DNA of 64,000 nt from Phycisphaeraceae bacterium (GTDB lineage Bacteria > Planctomycetota > Phycisphaerae > Phycisphaerales > Phycisphaeraceae), in contig OY771506.1 in assembly GCA_963674705.1 (NCBI GenBank), positions 4,448,001 to 4,512,000 on the forward strand, in the 5' to 3' direction. The position numbers were made by a program, and so were the translations under genes. Position 1 is the first letter of the stretch. Every line of letters begins with the position of its first letter. Positions 60,271 through 64,000 of this stretch are shown in pieces. The notes below the pieces were generated by a model. The model made no database searches. It worked only from the letters and a program-made list of their open reading frames with translations, and was not told where the DNA came from.

Positions 60271-60300
60271 ACAGATGAACACAGATAAACACAGATAAAT
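60271..60300 (+). repeat. 3 x 10-bp tandem repeat ACAGATRAAY
   Basis: acagatgaac acagataaac acagataaat. Confidence 0.75.
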
Positions 60301-60327
60301 ACAAGAACGAATCGTAGATGCGCGAGC

Positions 60328-60375
60328 TCGGCGCGGGACTCCCGACCCCGCCGAAACCACCGGCCGCAGGTCTCC
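60328..60375. repeat. REP-like GC-rich palindromic element
   Basis: TCGGCGCGGG-actcccga-CCCCGCCGA hairpin followed by CCGCAGGTCTCC. Confidence 0.5.
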
Positions 60376-60421
60376 AAACCATGAGACTAAATAACACATG
60401 AAAGATGCAAGTTAACTAACA

Positions 60422-60454
60422 CCTTCTCCCCTCGGGAGAAGGCCGGGATGAGGG
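60422..60454. repeat. REP-like palindrome
   Basis: CCTTCTCCC-CTC-GGGAGAAGG followed by CCGGGATGAGGG. Confidence 0.6.
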
Positions 60455-60780
60455 CCGGATTGATTAGGTGTACCAATCAAATACGTTCGCATAAAGGTGG
60501 TTCGGGGTGGTCTCTTGTAGAATCTGCAGCCATGTTGGGAATGACGAATTTAGTTGCCGAATTATTAGAGACTGATATTGGCAGTGATAAACTGCTTGGA
60601 TTGGCTGCGAAAAACGAGCGCCTTGATACGATGAGATATCTAATCGAGCGAGGCGTTAATCCATTCAAGGGATTTCTGCTTGAAGATAAAACAAAAGTAG
60701 AAGAGTTGGTAAAGCGGGGCAAAGAAGATGCCTATCATTTGCTTATGCAAGCACGCAATGCATGGGGCAAGTCCAATTAG
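60448..60780 (+). pseudogene. Ankyrin-repeat gene fragment (AT-rich)
   Basis: GWSLVESAAMLGMTNLVAELL and LLGLAAKNERLDTMRYLIERGVNP; the ATG lies inside the REP-like element, so a real N-terminus is doubtful. Confidence 0.5.
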
Positions 60781-60824
60781 AGCGATCTCAATCCAAACGT
60801 AGCCAGTAGCCTCCTCCCCTTACC

Positions 60825-60863
60825 ATCATCCCCACACAGGCGGGGATCCACGTCTTTGGATTC
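60825..60863. repeat. Truncated GTCATCCCCGC..GCGGGGATCCA-type palindromic repeat
   Basis: ATCATCCCCACACAGGCGGGGATCCA-cgtctt-TGGATTC (second half cut short). Confidence 0.55.
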
Positions 60864-60867
60864 ATTG

Positions 60868-61023
60868 GAGAATTACGGCTCGATCGTCCTGGTGATCGGC
60901 AACTCCGCGGACACAGACTACGATGTGCCGATCGAGGTCGGCAGACGAACTGATAACAACACCATGCATGTGAAGCTGCCCACCCGCTCGATCAACACCT
61001 TCATCATCCCGCCGGTTAAGTGA
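60868..61023 (+). pseudogene. 3' remnant of a GH30-like gene (C-terminal beta-sandwich)
   Basis: Hand translation ENYGSIVLVIGNSADTDYDVPIEVGRRTDNNTMHVKLPTRSINTFIIPPVK*; no start, begins at the repeat. Confidence 0.5.
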
Positions 61024-61522
61024 TCGGCCAGGTGCTAAGGCGCATCGGGCGGCAAGCAAAATTACACAATAGTTTTATATTTTTTAGCCGTAGCCGACTA
61101 GCCGACAGACAGCGGCCTATGGGTCGCGAGTTGCCCAAGCCGGACCGGCCCAGGTTGTCAAAACGGGAAAGTTGGGTAAACCGACGTCTATCCGGGAATG
61201 GCCGTGATCGTGCGCATGCTGTCCAATCACGACAGCACTGTGCGCCCGTCGAGTGGTGGATAATTGGGTGGCCGCATCTGCCGGATTTGCTTCCGATCGC
61301 GGCTTGGTTTAGCCCAAACAACCCGGATCACCAAGCTACCCCAAACATGGCTTCATCAATGCGATTTTGAGGATGGGCGTGTGAAGATAGACAAGTTGAA
61401 CCCGCTTAACCTTAGGCAGCACCCCTGCCCTGAACGCTCTGAGCCGGGCTCGATATCCATACGGCTCCGTATCCCCGATCAGAATTTAAGCAGTCAATAC
61501 ATTCTTCGATCCCGGTAACATT

Positions 61523-61566
61523 GTCTATAACATAGACTTGTATTTAACCCCGTGTGCTATTATAAT
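61523..61566 (+). promoter_or_regulatory. sigma70 promoter with adjacent inverted repeat
   Basis: TTGTAT(61538)-17-TATAAT(61561); GTCTAT-AAC-ATAGAC abuts the -35. Confidence 0.65.
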
Positions 61567-61576
61567 AGTAATTCAT

Positions 61577-61665
61577 ACTGCTCGGATTCGGGCGTGGAGA
61601 GGAGAAGCATATCTCAGCTATCGCTGAAGTTATTTTTCTCATCTCACAACCAAATCCGGGACAGT
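61577..61665 (+). other. Long imperfect hairpin in the 5' leader of the PEP-CTERM gene
   Basis: ACTG/CAGT, CTCGGATT/AATCCGGG, GAGA/TCTC, GGAGAAG/TTTTCTC, TCAGC/GCTGA nested around loop TATC. Confidence 0.55.
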
Positions 61666-61727
61666 GTTGATGACATACTGCAACTTCGCGGTCTTACTAT
61701 TCAGGTCTGTTTTAAGGAGAGAGAAAG

Positions 61728-62777
61728 ATGAACTTGTCAAAGGGTCAAGTCGGCTTGGGCATGCTTGTTTGCGCAGCCGCAATTGCACTTCCAACCAGCG
61801 CAAACGCCGCTGCTTATGTGCAAGTCAAAACGCAAGCTGAGTTGAACAATGGTTCGGGCCTACCCTATCAACGCGCGATCGCTACTTACGATGACATCAT
61901 CTACACGGTGAATGCCAGCAGCTCCGACTTTGCGATCGTTAAGATCGATGGCGGCACAATCACCACCATCGCGACGATGGCTTCCACACTCGCCGACCTC
62001 GGCGCTGCTTACAACCCTGACGATCCGTTCCCCGGCAACGGTTTGGAAATCGTCGACAGCGGCGCAGCGGTTCAGATGATCGACACACGCAACGACGAAG
62101 TGTATCGCTTCGACACCACCACCGGCACGGCCAGCATCTATGTAAGCCAAGCTGACATCGTCGCGGAAACCGGACTGGCTTCGGCCGCGCTCGCGAACTA
62201 CAGCGGCACGACCAACACCGGCATCCCCGTGTTCTACGATACGACAAGCGACAACCTGCTGATCGCCCCCTCCGCCGGCGTGGTTGACACATTGATCAGT
62301 GCTGTGGACATCGCTGCCGCCAACTGCGAGATGTCCAGCGGCATCACCGCAGACCCCAGCGGCAATCTCTACTGGGGCTCGAATGCCAGCGATGCGATCT
62401 GGAAGTTTGATGGCACGAACCTCACGATGATTGCGGACGTTGCCGACTTCGGTGCCGCTGCAAACAGCTTCAGCGGTGACATGATCTACGCACCGGACGG
62501 CCTGATTTACTTCCGTGCCGATCCCGACAACAACAACCGCGGTCTGTTCTCCATCGACCCCAGCGCGGTCGACCCGGGCAGCACGGTCACCGTGGTCCTG
62601 AGCGAAGCCGAACTCGACGCCGGCCCGATGGCCAGCAGCTTCACCTCCACGCTTTCGTGGTATGACGGCAAGCTTGGTTTCCACAAGATCTCCGACAGCG
62701 GCTACTACCTCGTCCCCGAACCGGCCTCCCTGGCCCTGCTCGGCCTCGGCGCCCTGGCGATGTTCCGTCGTCGCTAA
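61728..62777 (+). CDS. PEP-CTERM protein, probable beta-propeller
   Basis: SD TAAGGAG; signal peptide; GITADPSGNLYW, DMIYAPDGLIYF; VPEPASLALLGLGALAMFRRR. Confidence 0.88.
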   Translation: MNLSKGQVGLGMLVCAAAIALPTSANAAAYVQVKTQAELNNGSGLPYQRAIATYDDIIYTVNASSSDFAIVKIDGGTITTIATMASTLADLGAAYNPDDPFPGNGLEIVDSGAAVQMIDTRNDEVYRFDTTTGTASIYVSQADIVAETGLASAALANYSGTTNTGIPVFYDTTSDNLLIAPSAGVVDTLISAVDIAAANCEMSSGITADPSGNLYWGSNASDAIWKFDGTNLTMIADVADFGAAANSFSGDMIYAPDGLIYFRADPDNNNRGLFSIDPSAVDPGSTVTVVLSEAELDAGPMASSFTSTLSWYDGKLGFHKISDSGYYLVPEPASLALLGLGALAMFRRR

Positions 62778-62829
62778 GTCAATGTCAGAAATATACTCGG
62801 TTCTATGAACCGTCATTAAACTGAATATG

Positions 62830-62861
62830 AAAAAGGCCGGCAATTGTTGCCGGTCTTTTTT
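62830..62861. terminator. Bidirectional intrinsic terminator
   Basis: AAAAAGGCCGGCAA-ttg-TTGCCGGTCTTTTTT. Confidence 0.8.
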
Positions 62862-62890
62862 ATTGAGTGCACGCCCCTTACGGCATACAT

Positions 62891-62909
62891 AACGGGGTCT
62901 GACCCCGTT
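62891..62909. repeat. REP palindrome at the 3' end of the RAYT gene
   Basis: AACGGGGTC-T-GACCCCGTT. Confidence 0.8.
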
Positions 62910-63622
62910 TTAGGGATTTGCCTTGGGCCGGCCGGGTCTACGGACGGTGGATTCGAGGCCGAAGGTTTGGATGGTGCGGTTCCGCCATTGATCATTGCCG
63001 AACGGTGAACAGCGGTTGGCGCTGGTGCGCAGTGCGTTCAGTTCGACTTCGCTGAGCGGGGTGTTGACGGTTCGTAGCCAGTTGCGGGGTCGGCCGCGCT
63101 GGGGCGATGTCAAACCACGGATGGGCCAATCGCTGAGTAGTTGCTGTTGATCAGTATCGCCAGACTTCCAACGCCATAATCCTGACCATCTCCACGCTGC
63201 CGCCGACTCCACCAATCCCGCACGCATCGCATTGCGTTCGACGTATCGGCAGACGGTCAGCAGATGTTCGTTGCTTTGGATCAGAAAGGATTTGAAGCGT
63301 CCCTGGTACAACGGCCCGTCTCCCACGCTCTTGTGTGCAACCCGGTAACGCCCGGCGTGGGTCGTGGTCAGCCACTGCATGAACGGGCCAAGCGCGCCGT
63401 CGGCCTCGGTCTTGAGGACCAGGTGCCAGTGGTTGCCCATCAGGCAGTAGGTCAGCAACCGGACAGCCCCGCCGCTTCGTTCGACCGCTTCAGCCAGGAC
63501 CTTTTCGAACGCTTCGAAGTCGCCATCCTTGCGAAACATCCGCCACCGCCCGGCCGTACGGCCGTACGGTTCAGGACATGGTAAGCATAGCCGCCGACAT
63601 CAACGCGTGGAGGTCTTGGCAT
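62910..63622 (-). pseudogene. REP-associated tyrosine transposase (RAYT, Y1 HUH), frameshifted
   Basis: N-terminus MPRPPRVDVGGYAYHVLNR from ATG 63622 is out of frame with YCLMGNHWHL (HUH), LYQGRFKS, YVERNAMRAGLV; tandem CCGTACGG at 63554-63569. Confidence 0.85.
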
Positions 63623-63656
63623 ACGTGTAGTTTAGGTCCGGTCGCCAAGCCCGTCA

Positions 63657-63677
63657 AAACGGGGTCTGACCCCGTTT
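63657..63677. repeat. REP palindrome upstream of the RAYT gene
   Basis: AAACGGGGTC-T-GACCCCGTTT, followed by tandem CCGTTTCTTCCG x2 (63672-63695). Confidence 0.8.
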
Positions 63678-63697
63678 CTTCCGCCGTTTCTTCCGCG

Positions 63698-63919
63698 TTC
63701 CGTGGCAACCGGATCGACGTGGCTGCACGCGACGCGATCGTAAACGATCCGGTTCTTCAACCGCTATTCCACAGTCAACGGCTGCGGAGTTTCTACACGC
63801 GTGGTCCCGATTCCCGCGACACACTGACGGGGCGTTGGTGGGACATGACAACCCCCGGTCAGTGGAACGCACATGTAACCCGCTACGGGCCGGGCGGCAC
63901 GCTGCTACCCACGCGATGA
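63698..63919 (+). pseudogene. Orphan C-terminal fragment resembling a polymorphic (RHS-type) toxin tip
   Basis: FRGNRIDVAARDAIVNDP..YTRGPD..TGRWWDMTTPGQWNAHVTRYGPGGTLLPTR*; no plausible start after the REP. Confidence 0.4.
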
Positions 63920-63957
63920 CGATACGAACAGAGGTATAGTATTGCCGAGAGAAACCG

Positions 63958-64000
63958 ATGAACAAGAAGAAACTGCAAGAACGGTGGTCGGCACAAGACA
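63958..64000 (+). CDS. Start of an ORF running off the window (possible immunity gene)
   Basis: ATG after GAGAG; MNKKKLQERWSAQD... Confidence 0.3.
   Translation, partial: MNKKKLQERWSAQD

Noticed and set aside
60271..60300. CRISPR array
   Set aside because: Only three contiguous 10-bp units, no spacers, no cas genes

Overview
Bacterial DNA, very likely a planctomycete of the Phycisphaerae type (inferred from prepilin/H-X9-DG proteins, XylR-type regulators and dockerin+PEP-CTERM proteins). Both flanks (1-10.6 kb and 38.7-60.2 kb) carry pectin/arabinogalactan-type carbohydrate genes: GH112 phosphorylase, GH2, PL10, two GH43s, two paralogues with an unassigned 'EPFNEPD' catalytic domain, and surface PEP-CTERM proteins. 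Between them lies a ~28-kb self-contained multiheme-cytochrome island (10.7-38.7 kb) that looks like a complete Geobacter-style extracellular electron transfer route. It encodes a CbcL-like cytochrome b/c quinol oxidase, a NapC/NirT-type cytochrome, two paralogous 15-heme cytochromes, a decaheme lipoprotein plus beta-barrel, two NHL beta-propeller lipoproteins, a 12-heme protein with an OmcE-like N-terminus and a stand-alone OmcE-like tetraheme (candidate nanowire subunit): 79 heme-binding motifs by hand count. It also has its own System I* (CxxxY CcmE) ccm operon, including a ccmD missed by the ORF track, and a sigma54 regulon: five clean -24/-12 promoters plus one weak one, a recurring TCTCA-N4-TGAGA palindrome, a RegB-like kinase and an NtrC-family activator. 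The last 4 kb hold REP-like palindromes, gene remnants and a REP-flanked RAYT transposase broken by an 8-bp duplication. All family calls are by motif recognition from memory; no searches were run.
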